Below, piece by piece: positions 1 through 12,522 of a stretch of DNA of 64,000 bases (positions within the stretch are counted from its first letter, which is position 1; each line of letters starts with the position of its first letter). The notes under the pieces are model-generated. The model was not told where the DNA came from. It ran no database searches and saw nothing but the letters and a program-made list of their open reading frames with translations. Both the position numbers and the translations under genes were made by a program. Origin of the DNA: Eledone cirrhosa (Eukaryota). The stretch covers positions 335,296,001 to 335,360,000 of the forward strand of contig OZ024741.1 of the NCBI GenBank assembly GCA_964016885.1. Reading direction: 5' to 3'.

Positions 1-161
1 GAACATAACTTAACAAAGGTACTTATATAAGATTACAATGGAAGGGTTTTAGATAAATATAAACATTTAAAAATAGTTTTGCTTCATAGAACTAAGGGCA
101 GTTTCAGGCAATTTGGTGTCATGGGCTAAAATACTGGGAAAATTACAATAACCCTTGTTAC

Positions 162-271
162 TAGCTCATTCTAGAATTTCATAAAAGATTTTTCTTATGC
201 TTCCCTCCATTTATTGCAATAAATGGAGAGAAGCATAAGAAAAGTCTTTTATGAAATTCTAGAATGAGCTA
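162..271. repeat. 110-bp spacer-less palindrome
   Basis: tagctcattctagaatttcataaaaga...ccatttattg|caataaatgg...tcttttatgaaattctagaatgagcta; centre 216/217, 2 mismatched pairs. Confidence 0.9.
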
Positions 272-1635
272 TAAAAAGATTACAGTGGCTGTCATGTTAC
301 TTATTTAACAACTTAATAGTTATAGTGGTTTCTTCTGTTCCTGCACTAAACCATTTTGTTAGGTGGTGCAGTGCAGAACTACCGTTGACTGAGTAAATAA
401 ATTGACTAAATAACTAACACTGGTTTTCTTGACCATAAACAAATGAAAGTCAAAGGCAACTTTTTTTCTCTTTTTTTTTTTCGTTATTTTTTGAAAATAA
501 TAAAAATAAAAAAAAAATTAGCAGGATTAGAAAATTCAAAGACTTGAAAGTGAAACAAAAAATTAGCAATTATAATCATAATAATGTTCAGCATAAAGTC
601 TAACATATAAATTCAATTGTTTACATAAAGGAAACCTTCATTTGTATTCACTGCTCTATAACACTAGCATAACACAAGGCTTTAAATAAAATAATTAAAT
701 AAAATATGATAAATTATGATAAAATGTTATAAAATAAAATAAATTGTAATAAAATAAAATAAAATACAATAAAATGTAGTACAATGAAATGAAATGAAAT
801 AAAATAAAAAGCCATGTTTTCACACAATAAACCAAGAAACTGTAGTGAAATGAAAAGAATGTATTATTTAGAACCTATTGCTTACTGTGCCACTATGCTT
901 CATTTCATGACAAACGCCAGGAGGAAAAATGAAGGTTGTGATGCTTGCAGGAAGTAGCATGGTGGTTGTAACTCTATGGCTGGTTTACTCTGCTTTGTTC
1001 TTACTTAAGAAAAACGTAAAAAAAAAAATAAAAAAAATAACCATTGTTCTTCATAAGCAATTTGTTTCATTTCATTTCAATATATTGTAGTGGGCTGGTT
1101 CCTTCTCAAAAATAATTCTTTTCTTACTCCAGATATCATTGTTCTCAGAATAGTTTCCATTTTCTCTTGTCCTTTAAATATTCTCGAACCTTTAATACAA
1201 TATCTCCTCTGTAAAATTCTATTCCTCAAATCCTGTATATTTCTACTCTCATTTGAAATATTTATCTTATATATTTTCTTTGTTTAAATACTTACATTTT
1301 CCTCTTTCATAAAATGTGAGATTGCTTCTATAAATCTTTTGTTGGGGTTTTGCAATTCTTCATTGTACTATGATTATGTTTTCAGCACAGATAAAACAGG
1401 AAAAATATCAGCAGATTGGAATAATATAATTTTTTTTCTCTTTTGTTGACAAGTTTAATATATTTCACTCTTCAACTAAGATGGCATTATTCAGTCCATT
1501 ACTAGTTTAAATAATAACTACTGCATGATCCATTGTTTTACAACTGGAATAATTAATAGCATTCTGTTTCATCACGTTTCTTCACACACACATAAAAATA
1601 TAATGCATATGTGCATACAAATATATATATTCTGA

Positions 1636-1687
<52 letters not shown>

Positions 1688-2249
1688 TGTTATCTCACCC
1701 CCTCCCTCTCTCTCCACAAATATAAGATAAATCGGTTCAGAGTTATGAATCAGAATTTCTCGTATCTTGCTGTAGAACATTACTGCCAAATTGTCGTTTT
1801 GATAAATGTAATGTATTCACTTCATTTTCTTATCGTCTCTCTATGCTTCTTGATCCATTTACTTATCCGTATTTATATTGCCCATTTAAGTTAAATGTTC
1901 ATTTAACTTTTCATAATTAAGGTCGAATCTGTAAGTCCTTTATATAAAAATAAGCTTCTCGTTGACTTTCCCATTTCCCTCCCTCCCCCCGCCACCATTA
2001 CTATTTGGTCCAATCATAATTCAGTGGCTTATAATATGTTTCTCTTACCAATCTCTTTCACAAAACCACTGCTTCGGCTATTACTTCTTAAGTTTAGACC
2101 TGGTTGCTTTCCAATATGCTAGATGGACTGCTGAATTTGGAGAGTCTGAAGAATCTGAACACTCAATGACAATGTCAAAGATAAAGATAAATTCACCTCC
2201 TGTTGCTGGACAAGAATGCAAGGACTCCTCTTTATTTCAGACATGGATG

Positions 2250-5200
2250 GCTAACATAACCCCCATCTCCCTCACCCCTCCCTGCGCCTCCAACCCATCC
2301 CTTCCACCCACCCAATGAAATCCAAAACTTCAAAGTTGGTACCATGAATGTAGGCACTTTAAAAGGTCACTCAAATGAGATTGTAGAGATGCTTGAATGT
2401 AAGGAAGTTGATGTTTGCTGTGTTCAAGAGACTAGGTGGAGGGGTGGATCTGCTAGATTCATTGTGGGTAAAAAACGATGCTATAAACTTTTCTGGGTGG
2501 GAAATGACAATGGGCTGGGTGGAGTAGGAATTATGTTAGCTGAAAAATGGGTAGATAAGGTAATTGCCGAAAATAGAGTGAACAACAGAATAATTAAAAT
2601 AAGACTAGTTCTAAATAGAACTACTGTGACAATAATATCCGCTTATGCACTCCAATCTGGACTACCTGGCATTATAAAAGACAGATCTATGAGTCGTTAA
2701 TGCTCACTACCTCCCAAATAACCGACAGTGACTACATAATTATTGCTGGCGACCTAAATGGTCATGTTGGATAACATTGTGGCGGCTATGACGGAATCCA
2801 TGGAGGCTATGGGTTTGGTACTAGAAATGATGAAGGCTTCAGAATCCTGGAATTCTGTGACACTAATAACCTAACTATCTGTAACACAAACTTCAAAGAA
2901 CGAGACAATTACATGATCACCTATAGACGTACTCGACAACAGGGGAGGACTACCCTGAGGAGAAGAATATGGAATTTAAAGGACCCCCACCCCCAGTAAC
3001 AAATTTAAAAGCATATCACTTGATGCTTTTGACAGCAAGGAAGAACAATTAGAGATGTACAATATAGAGGAACAGTTGGAATTCCTGAAAGTTAACCTGT
3101 TGAAAGCGACAGATGAAATCTGTGGCTGGAGCAGACCTATAGGAAGGAGGAGAGTAACTTGGTGGTGGAACACTAAGGTGGAAGAGTCAATCAAGGCCAA
3201 AAAGCAGGCTTGGAAAGCATGGCGGGATGGGGGAAGTAGAGAACACTATCAAGTGGCCAGAAGCGAAGCTAGGAGACAAGTGTACCTTGCAAGAAGGGAA
3301 GCAGAGGAAAGAAAGTTCAAGCATGTTCTATAACACGAGGACCAAAAATGTGAGGCTTTCAGGATTGCAAGACAATGTGTCAAGGAAAACCGTGATATTG
3401 TCGGGGAGAAGTGTGTCCGTAAGGATGATGGTGTAGTTGCTATCACTGATGCTGATAAGAGGAGAATAAAGGGGAAAAAGATAGTCTGCCCCAAATCGAT
3501 CCAATAGAGGGACCAGCAGTGCAAGTTAAAAGTAGTATAATAAGTAAGGCAGCTGGGCCTTCGGGGATAGTTTCTGTAATGCCCACCTGGATAGTAAACC
3601 AAGTAATACAGAATGGGATCATACCAAATGACTGGTGTAGCAGCATCATCATTAACTGCTACAAGGGTAAAGGAGATGCTCTAGATAGAGGAAAATACAG
3701 AGGCATTAAATTAGTTGACCAGGTCATGAAGGTCACAGAAAGAGTTATAGCGCAACTAATCAGAGAGTGTATTGATCTAGATGAAAGGTAGTTTGGGTTT
3801 GTGTCAGGTAAAAGTATGACAGACGCTCTTTTCCTTGTACGACAACTATAGGAGAAGTACCTAGCTAAAAGTAAACCCCTCTACTTAGCTTTTGTTGACT
3901 TGGAGAAAGCCTTTGACAGAGTCTCCCGCTCCATTATTTTGTGGGTTGTTAGAAAACTAGGTGTTGATGAATGGCTTGTGAGAGCTATACAAGCCATGTA
4001 TAAAGAAACAGTCAGCAAGGTTAGAATTAACAATTAATATAGTGAAGAATTTAGTGTAAAAGTTGGTGTTCATCAAGACTGTCCTTAGCCCCTCCTATTT
4101 ATTATTGCCCTTCAGACTATAACAGAGGAGTTCAAAACCAACTGCCTATGGGAAATTTTATATGCTGATGATCTAACTCTCATAGCTGAATCGATGGATG
4201 AACTAGAGAAGAAATTCCAAACATGGAAGCATTGCCTAGAATCAAAAGGCCTTAAAGTTAACTTTTCTAAGACTAAAGTTCTAGTATGTAGAAAGGAAAT
4301 TAGGGCACAGGTCCCCGCTGGGAAATGGCTATGCTCAGTGTGTAGGAAAGGAGTAGGCAGAAATTCCATTTTATGTCCCAGATGCAAACTATGGGAACAT
4401 AAAAGATGTAGTGGGATCACAGGTAAGCTATCTAAGGACGTAGATTTTATATGTGGACGATGCTCAAGGGCAATATGTAGCAAAAGCCCACAGGATACTA
4501 GCTCCTTCTATTGCCCAGATGATTCTATAGAAATAGTGGACACCTTCCATTACCTGGGTGACAAGATCAGCATTGGTGAAGGGTGCTCTGAAAGTACAGT
4601 AGCCAGAGTCAGAACGGGATAGAAAAAGTTCAGAGAGCTTATACCACTATTGGCCACTAAAGGTTTCTCTCTAAAAATGAAAGGCAGATTGTATGATGCA
4701 TGCATACGAACAGCAATGTTACATGGCAGTGAGATATGGGAATTGTGTGCAGAGGATCTACGCAGACTGGAGAGGAACGAAGCATGCATGCTCCGTTGGA
4801 TGTGTAATAGTAATATACGTGAACGGCAAAGCATATACGAACTGAGGGAGAAATTAGGAATAAGAGGGATCAGATGCTGTTTACTCGAGAGAAGACTACG
4901 TTGGTATGGTCACGTGATGCGCATAAAAGATGACAGCTGTATAAAAAAGTGCAGGGCGATCAAAATTGATGGAAGTTACGGAGTAGGTAGACCCAGAAAA
5001 ACCTGTGACGATTTGATAAATTCCGACCTTACACACTTACACCTCTCTAAGACAATATCACTGGACTGAGATCTTTGGCGCTATGCAGTAATACAGAAGA
5101 CCTGCCTTGCCTATGTACATAGCAAAAGCTAAAGTCAGTAGGCACCTCTTAACCTATTATACAACCCTATCCCACTACCCCTACTCCACCCCCTCACTCT

Positions 5201-5530
5201 CACCAACACCACCCTCTCTCTGTAAAGTTATGTCGGTACCACAACATCCAGTCCAAAATAAATGAGGATGTGTAGGTGTCACAACAAAAAACACACATTC
5301 CACGCTGTAATGTGGTTGTGTAGGTAACACGGTAAAAAGCTCCCAGCCCACACTGTAAACGTACGTGGTTGGTGTTAGGAAAGGCATCCAGCCGTAGAAA
5401 ACCTGCCAAACAGTCCCATACGAGCAAGACATGGTGTCCAGACCAATCTTGCCTCAAGTGGGACAATTCCCATCTAAACCCATGCTAGCGTGGAAGATAG
5501 ATGTTAAACGATGATGATGATGATGATGAT
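2250..5530 (+). mobile_element. RTE-clade LINE, near full-length, degraded (APE endonuclease, RT, PHD finger, 3' UTR, (GAT)n tail)
   Basis: ORF fragments VGTMNVGTLKG...VCCVQETRW (APE), YRGIKLVDQVMKVTERVI, DLEKAFDRV, LYADDL, RLRWYGHV..GRPRKT; many stops, frameshifts and internal deletions; ends gatgttaaac(gat)n. 5' boundary approximate. Confidence 0.9.
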
Positions 5531-5547
5531 ATATATATATATATATA

Positions 5548-5608
5548 CCGTCTAAACCCACGCTAGTGTGGAAGATAGATGTTAAACGATGTTGATGATG
5601 ATGATGAT
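5548..5608 (+). mobile_element. Extra RTE 3'-terminal fragment directly downstream of the previous copy
   Basis: ccgtctaaacccacgctagtgtggaagatagatgttaaacgat(gat)n repeats 5469-5530. Confidence 0.8.
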
Positions 5609-5624
5609 ATATATGTATTTATAT

Positions 5625-5697
<73 letters not shown>

Positions 5698-6511
5698 AGT
5701 GGAAGTTTAGTAAAATCAAAGCTTTGGCTGTGGCCCAGCTTACGACCTACAATTAAGAATGAGCAGCAAAGCACTCAATAAGGTTGTAGGCCTTAGAGTA
5801 ATAACATATGTTTAGACAGCTTGACAAATTGAAAATTGCGGCAGGTAGACCTAGCCACACAATGTCAAAAACAACGAAAAAACTAATCAAGTTAGCCAAC
5901 TGACCTGGACATATCGAACAATATTTTGGAATACGTCTGATAGGTTTCTATGAATCTGAAATCATCCATCCAACTTACGTAATATATAAGCCTGTGATAT
6001 TCCATGAACAGTGGATTCACGTCATCAACAGGAAATTTCATTCTATGCCTCAAGCCGGTGTGGAATGTAACGCCGAACTGCTACCGTTGGCAGCCCTCAG
6101 TGTTTCACTGTCACGTGTTATTTCCAACAAGGGAAGTAACTCCCGGTTTTTGGCGGGCAAATATACATATATATGTATATATATGTGTGTATATATATAT
6201 ATATATGTGTATATATATACATATGTATATATATGTATATATATATATATATTGCTCACTATAAAAGCTTCACGGCACAGGCATTGCTTTATATCTGGAG
6301 ATCTCTCTGCACTTGTCATCACATGGTACCATGGACCCAGCACTATGTGTCAGTAATTGTCGTGTTTGTAAGTGTAGTGTTTGTACCAGAGTTTTCAAGC
6401 CGGTGGCTGGACTGAAAAGTCACACTTGTTCAGCGCATCAGTAGGGGTTCTCCTACATGGATATAAAATAGTGGCCGTACTCGAAAACGAGTTGGCAGCC
6501 ACCATATATAT

Positions 6512-6572
<61 letters not shown>

Positions 6573-6807
6573 TAGATAGATAGATAGATATATTTCTTTA
6601 TTTACCATAAAGGCATAAAAAGAAGGGACAAATACAAAGGGGGAGTTTACATAAAACCGAGTAAAAAGGGTATAAAATGAAAATAATCGAAAACAACCAC
6701 AAAAGGGAGGGGACGTGATGGGGGTTGCACACACCCCCGAAAAAGTGTGCAATCCTTTTCCCGGGGAGCACATGGAGAAGGTTCTCCCCTCTCCTTCACT
6801 TCTTTAC

Positions 6808-9800
6808 TCACAGGATGGTATACAGAGAAAGCCCATTTACACGAGCCATTCTCGCCACTATCACCCACCTTTCATAAAACTGCCTGTGGCCAAGCACCTC
6901 TCTCTCCATTCTTATCCTTCTTGCGAAGTGATATTGGAAGAAGTAGACCAGACTATGGCCAGGGAGGAAGTTGCCTGACCTCAGACCTTTCAATCGTGTC
7001 CACCAAACAACCTCTTTCAACATGGCTATTACGCACAGAAAAACCGCCTTTGCTTCTTTTGTGAAGAGGGGAGGCGGCTTGATTGTCATCACTCACTCGG
7101 CGGTCAATCGAATCGGCGCCACTCGTGACAGCAGTCATTCGGCGTAGCCCCACAGATCAGCCTCGCCCGGACATTGCACCAATGCGTGTGCAACGGTTTC
7201 TTCATGACGCACGCATCTAGGGCAAATCTTTTTCGAGGGATCCCTGCCCGGGCGCCCGTGTCTGTAGAGCCTCTCACGAACGGGTAGAGCCCCCCGGTAG
7301 CACTGCCAGGCTAGTGACTTCTGGAAGTTGTCCATTGGTCCCGGGCTGAAAGTCCTACCGAACAGGCTGGCCAGTTTGTCCTCTTCCATGTCCAGCGACT
7401 CTCCAAGGGTGTCATTACCCCTGCTAGCCACCAGCCCTCTATAGAATGATGAGGTGGATTCTCCACCGATGGCCGGGCCCGCTTGCCAGAGAGCCCTGAG
7501 CGCCTGGGCACACTCAGTGTGCCAGTCTCCCAGTTTTCCGGATCTTTGCTTGACCCAGGACTGCAGCTCGGTGAGCGAGACGAGTCTCGGAAAGGCTCGT
7601 TTCACGAACGGAGCCCACACCGGTTGACCAGTGAGGAATACCTGTAGGTGCCGTAGCCTTAATGCGTGCCTACGCATCATCAACCACGGCATCCCCAGCC
7701 CTCCTTTCGAAGGTTGTTGGCAGCAGATGGATCTTCTCACCATAGGAGGGCGTTTCTTCCAAAGAAATTGGAAGAGCATGCGTTCCATGGTGGTGAGTGT
7801 TTCCTTACGGCAAGGCACGACAGTCAGGCGGTAGTAAGTGACGGAGCTATGTAAATGTTCGCCACCTCCGCCCGACCATTTAGGGACAGTTTACACTTGG
7901 CCCATTTCTGGGTTAGTGCAAACACCTTGTTCGTAACCTCGTCCCAGTTCTTTTCCACCTGGAGGTCCGGTCCAAACCAGACCCCAAGCAACTTCACCGG
8001 GCCCTCCGTCCAGTGTCCGACGACACCGTCGGGAGGCATCAGTCTGCCTCTCCACATTCCGAGTTGCAGCCCGATGGATTTTTCCCGGTTCAGTTTCGCT
8101 CCTGACAACCTTTCGTAATCCTCCAGTAAAGTACCGATCGCCTCGATCTCCGAGTCGGTCGATACCATTACTGTTACGTCATCGGCGTAGGCCGACACAG
8201 CTTTGCTCAATCCTGGTTCCAGGGGGATACCCTGCAACAACTCCAACTTCCTCAGTAAAGGCTCGAGAGTCAATACGTACAGAAGGGAGGAGAGGGGGCA
8301 CCCTTGTCGAATGGATCGTGTGATTTCGAACGGCTTCGAAAGGTAGCCGTTCACCTTGATCCTAGAACAGATGTGGTTGCTATGTAAGGCAGTGATCCAG
8401 CCTCTGAAAACAGGACCAAACCCAGCCGCCGCTAGCACCGCATCCAGGTAACCGTGGTCGACCCTATCGAATGCCTTAGACTGATCCAAGTTGATCAGGG
8501 CCCCACCGAAGCCGGGTTTGTTGCCAACTCTCTCTATGATGTATCACATGAGGTGGAGGTTATCGTGAATGGACCTGGATGGGATAGCACATGTCTGCGC
8601 ATCTCCACCCAGGCCACCCACGACAAGCGCCAACCTCTTTGCTAACACCTTGGCCAAAATCTTTAACTCTGTGTTTAGCAGGGTTATGGGCCGAAAATTA
8701 TTTATACTATCCCCTTGTTCTCGTCCTTCCTCACCAGCGAGACTACGCCCTTGGCTACAGAACAAGGAATACTCCCGTTTTGCTGCCAATTGCAGTAGAC
8801 CGCTTCGAGGAGTTCGGAGAAGAAGACCGGCATTGCCAAATAAAGTTCGTAAGGTATACCATCGAGACCTGGAGATTTGCGTCTGCTGCATTGGCTCAGC
8901 GCATCCCTAATCTCATTAGCCGAGATTGGTCCCTCGCAGGACTCTGCCTCTTCGCTCGAGAGACGCGGCAGGCCGTCGAGGTATGGACTGAAATCCACGT
9001 CCCCGCCCGGACCCTCGCCTCCCCCGAATAATCGGGCAAAGTGCCTTTGAAAGGCCTCGCACATCTGCTTAGGCTCCCGGATTACCCGCCCATCCTCGTC
9101 TTGCAAAGACCGGATGGTGGATCGATTTCCACTCTTAGCTTCTGTCACGCGGGCCCAGCCAACGGCTTTGGCCCCCTCATTACCTAGAGCACGTATTTTA
9201 CTTCGAATGACGCAGCCTTCGTGCTTTGCATTGAAAAACTGGCTCAAGGCCGTCCTCGATGCCAGCGCTCTGGCCACATCTTCGCTCTTGATTGCCTCTT
9301 CTAATTTACCTGTTAATTCTTTCTCGTTTCTATTCCTATCGGCAGCTAACATCTTGCTATAACTTATTGATTCTGTTCTAATCTCTCTTCTGAGAGATGC
9401 CCACCATCGGTTGTTGACGATTGCACCCGTTAACCTTTCCTTAACTAATCTGCTAATCCTGTTTCTGTAAATCTCTTTTGCCGGTAAAGACAAATTAAGT
9501 TTCCAGTAACCGGGACCCTGTTTATGTGTTTTCTCAAGATTGACTAAGCAGGTCACTAATTTGTGATCCGTATAGCCAACCGTGAGCATTTCTGGACAGC
9601 TTAATATGTCCCTATCCTTACTTCTAACTAAGAATCTATCTAAGTACGATCTAGATTGACCACTGGGGTTCGTCCAAGTCCAGGTTGGCACAGTTGGAAA
9701 ATCTAGTCGATATCTATCGACCAAGTTAAAACGGTCGAGTAACCCCTTGAGGCTGTTACACCCCCTTCTATTGGGACATGCTCCTGCATAGTCCCAACGT

Positions 9801-10240
9801 GCATCTAGGATGTCATTCCAATCCCCCGCTAGAAGCAGGGAACGCGACGTTCCCAGAAAAGTCTCCAGACGCTGGAAGAAGTTGGGTCGTTCAGCTCCGA
9901 AAGGGGAGTAGACGGCAACCAGTCTCAAGGCCGCACCTTCACTACTGTCAACGTCTAGCACCAACAAACGACCGTCCGGGTCCGAGTGAACAACCTGTAC
10001 GGCGAGACCCAGGTGTTTTTCCAGCAGTACGACAACCCCACCCCCACCTCCAGGTTGACAGAGAGATGCATGCACCTCAAAGTCATCTAAGGTAGGGGCC
10101 AGCTGCCGCACGACGCTGATCCGAGTCTCACAGATAACCATTACATTTATACCACGTGACCTGAGGTCATTTAGAAACTTTGCTTGCTTCCAAGAGCCTA
10201 GGCCACGTGCATTCAAACATCCTACTCTTAACACATCCAT
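6808..10240 (-). pseudogene. Tx1 ORF2 (APE endonuclease - reverse transcriptase - zinc finger), disrupted
   Basis: GCLNARGL, ICETR, LAGDWN, SYLDRF, TDHK (APE); NFRPITLLNTELKIL, DQSKAFDRVDH, RQGCPLS, AYADDV (RT); CPRC..ETVAHALVQC. Frameshifts near 8712 and 7843; in-frame TGA at about 8544, 7135 and 7093. Confidence 0.9.
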
Positions 10241-12164
10241 GTGGGCGGAAAAGCCAAAGGAGAGTATAGAGACCTACCTTTCTGCTTCCCGGGAACGGGT
10301 CGCACGACTTCCATGGGGTCGAGGGTGTTGGGTGAAGGGGTGTCTTGTGGTGGTGTGGGGTCGTCAGTGTGTGGTGGGGTTGGGGTGTTTGGAATTGTGT
10401 TGGGGAGGGGAAGGGGAGGGGGAAAGCTTTTTAGTAGGACGCGGTTTATGGGTTTGACAGAGGGTGGTCCTATGTCCTCCTTAAAATCCTTTTTTAGTTT
10501 TTGGTAGAGGTTTATTGGGATCTTTATTAATTTTAAATGTGGGTAGTTTTCTGAAGAAACAAAGTTTACACCTTCGGTTTGTACCGAAGGGTTATTGTTT
10601 ATGAGTTCATTTAATTTATTATTGTTTCTGTTGATGTAAGTATAGTGTAATGTCTTTTTTTCGGATGGTGTGAGTGTTTCGAAGAGGGGAGGGGCAGGTT
10701 TGGTTTTGTTTGTTGCTGGAGGGGTGTTTTGTGTTTTGTTGGATTGTATTGACATTTGGGTAGGGGTTGTTTGGCCTTGTGTGTTTTGCACATGTTTTCT
10801 TTTTTTCCTTTTAATCTGTCTGAAGGACTCCGTTCTTCCTCCGAATTCGTTGGGTTATCTTCAGTGTTGGAGGGAAGAGGTATGTTTGCTGGTAATCTTT
10901 CTGTGTTGGTTTTCTTTGTGGGAGAGATGGATGTCACTATGTTAAACTGTGTTGTGTGTTGTGGCTGCGGTGGTTGTGTTGTTTTATTGAGTGAGGGGTT
11001 GGGTGGGACTGTGTTTTGTTTTTGGGTAATGTGTTGTGGTGGTGGTGTAGTTTTACTGAGGGACGGGTTGGGTGGGACTGAGTTTTGTTGTTTGTTTATC
11101 TGTTGTGGTGGTGGTGGAGCTGGTGTTGGTAGCAGGGTTTTCTTTTTGTTGAGTTGGGGACAAGCCGCCTTCAGGTGCCCTCTGCCTTCACAGATATGAC
11201 AGGACGGCCTTCTCCCCTCCACGCTAATGTTTATATACCCGTGGCCCTCTAATAGGATTCTGTCGGGTATTTGGGCAATGTGTTCAGGCTTCATTTGCAC
11301 TACAAGTTCTATACCTGTTCCACTGAACGCATTGCCTGTGGTTTTCCCAATGGAAATCACGTTGTCATTCGCTGGATCGATGAAGCCAGCTATGAGCCAG
11401 CAGTAGTCCACATCTGGCATCATCGCATCCAGCCATATGCGCTGAGTTCTTTTACCCATATAAGATGGATAAAAGGTAAAATTTGTCGAACGAATCGGTG
11501 ACAAAGCATATTTTTTTTGCCGCCGATTCGTTCTTCATAATAATCGCTAGGCTTCCATACAGTCTGTCTCTTCTTATGAAAGTGGTTTCATTAAGTACTT
11601 CTGTAAGTACTGCTTTGATTTCTGTTTGTGTTGGTTGTTGAGGTTTTTTAGAAATGTTGTTGATGGTGCGGAAAACGATCGTCCGACTTTCAATGTCTTT
11701 GGTGAGTTCTTGAGGCATTTTTACCGATAAAATACCATTTTCCCCTTGAGTTATGTATTGTTTTGCATTTTTAATTCTTTGTGCCACATCTGAAATATTT
11801 TCAGGTATATATGTCAAAAATTTCTTTGTTGTTTGTGCAAAGGAAATATTATTGGTGTTGACTTTGTCGTCTGCTTTGCTTTCTGTTATGATGTTGTTTT
11901 CAAATGTTATTTTTGTGTTTGTTGTGTCTCCGTTTGTGGTATTAATATTGTCATGCAATTATTCAAATTTTTTTTTGTTTTTGGAATCAATGTCCAGATT
12001 TGTGTTTTCGTCATTTTTCTCCGCACATTCATCTGTTTTTATTTTATTTTTTCTTTCCTTCTCTATGACGTTAGTTGGGAAGGAGGGGGGGGGACTAAAG
12101 CGTGCGAGCTTACAACTCTTACCGCTGTCCCCCCACCACTATTTTCGTTAGCTTCGTTTAACAT
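10228..12164 (-). pseudogene. Tx1 ORF1 (gag-like nucleic-acid-binding protein with zinc knuckle), frameshifted
   Basis: Overlapping ORF pieces 11452-11958, 10611-11504 and 10228-10791; CHICEGRGHLKAAC knuckle; Pro/Thr/Asn-rich tail; likely ATG near 12164; breaks at homopolymer runs. Confidence 0.75.
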
Positions 12165-12371
12165 TTCTGTCAGACGATTGAATTTTTATGCCACAAAATT
12201 TTTAAAAACAGGTTTTTCACCCTGGGAGGGTCGAAGATGAGCTGACCCACCGTCTGACAGTTCAGACGGGGGGTCAAGCTACACAATACTATCAAAATTA
12301 AAATTGAACTTACAAAACTTCTGCGCAAAGTGAATTACATCTACGCTGTAGAACAGACGACAGCTAGATTT

Positions 12372-12403
<32 letters not shown>

Positions 12404-12454
12404 TTAGATATATAACACATAACACACCTACATATATATATGTATATATATATC

Positions 12455-12521
<67 letters not shown>

Positions 12522-12522
<1 letters not shown>

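Larger units (their letters stand above)
6591..12365 (-). mobile_element. Full-length Tx1-type (L1 clade) non-LTR retrotransposon inserted in a (GATA)n/(TATC)n microsatellite
   Basis: ORF1 with CCHC knuckle and ORF2 with APE + RT + C-terminal zinc finger; 3' end AATAAAgaaata then (tatc)n on the minus strand; (gata)n on both flanks (6571-6590, 12372-12410). Confidence 0.9.

Noticed and set aside
1962-2318. 118-aa ORF upstream of the RTE
   Set aside because: Non-ATG start, no recognisable motif; may overlap the RTE 5' region
7631-11501. Plus-strand ORFs over the Tx1 element and minus-strand ORFs over the RTEs
   Set aside because: Antisense shadows of the retroelement coding frames
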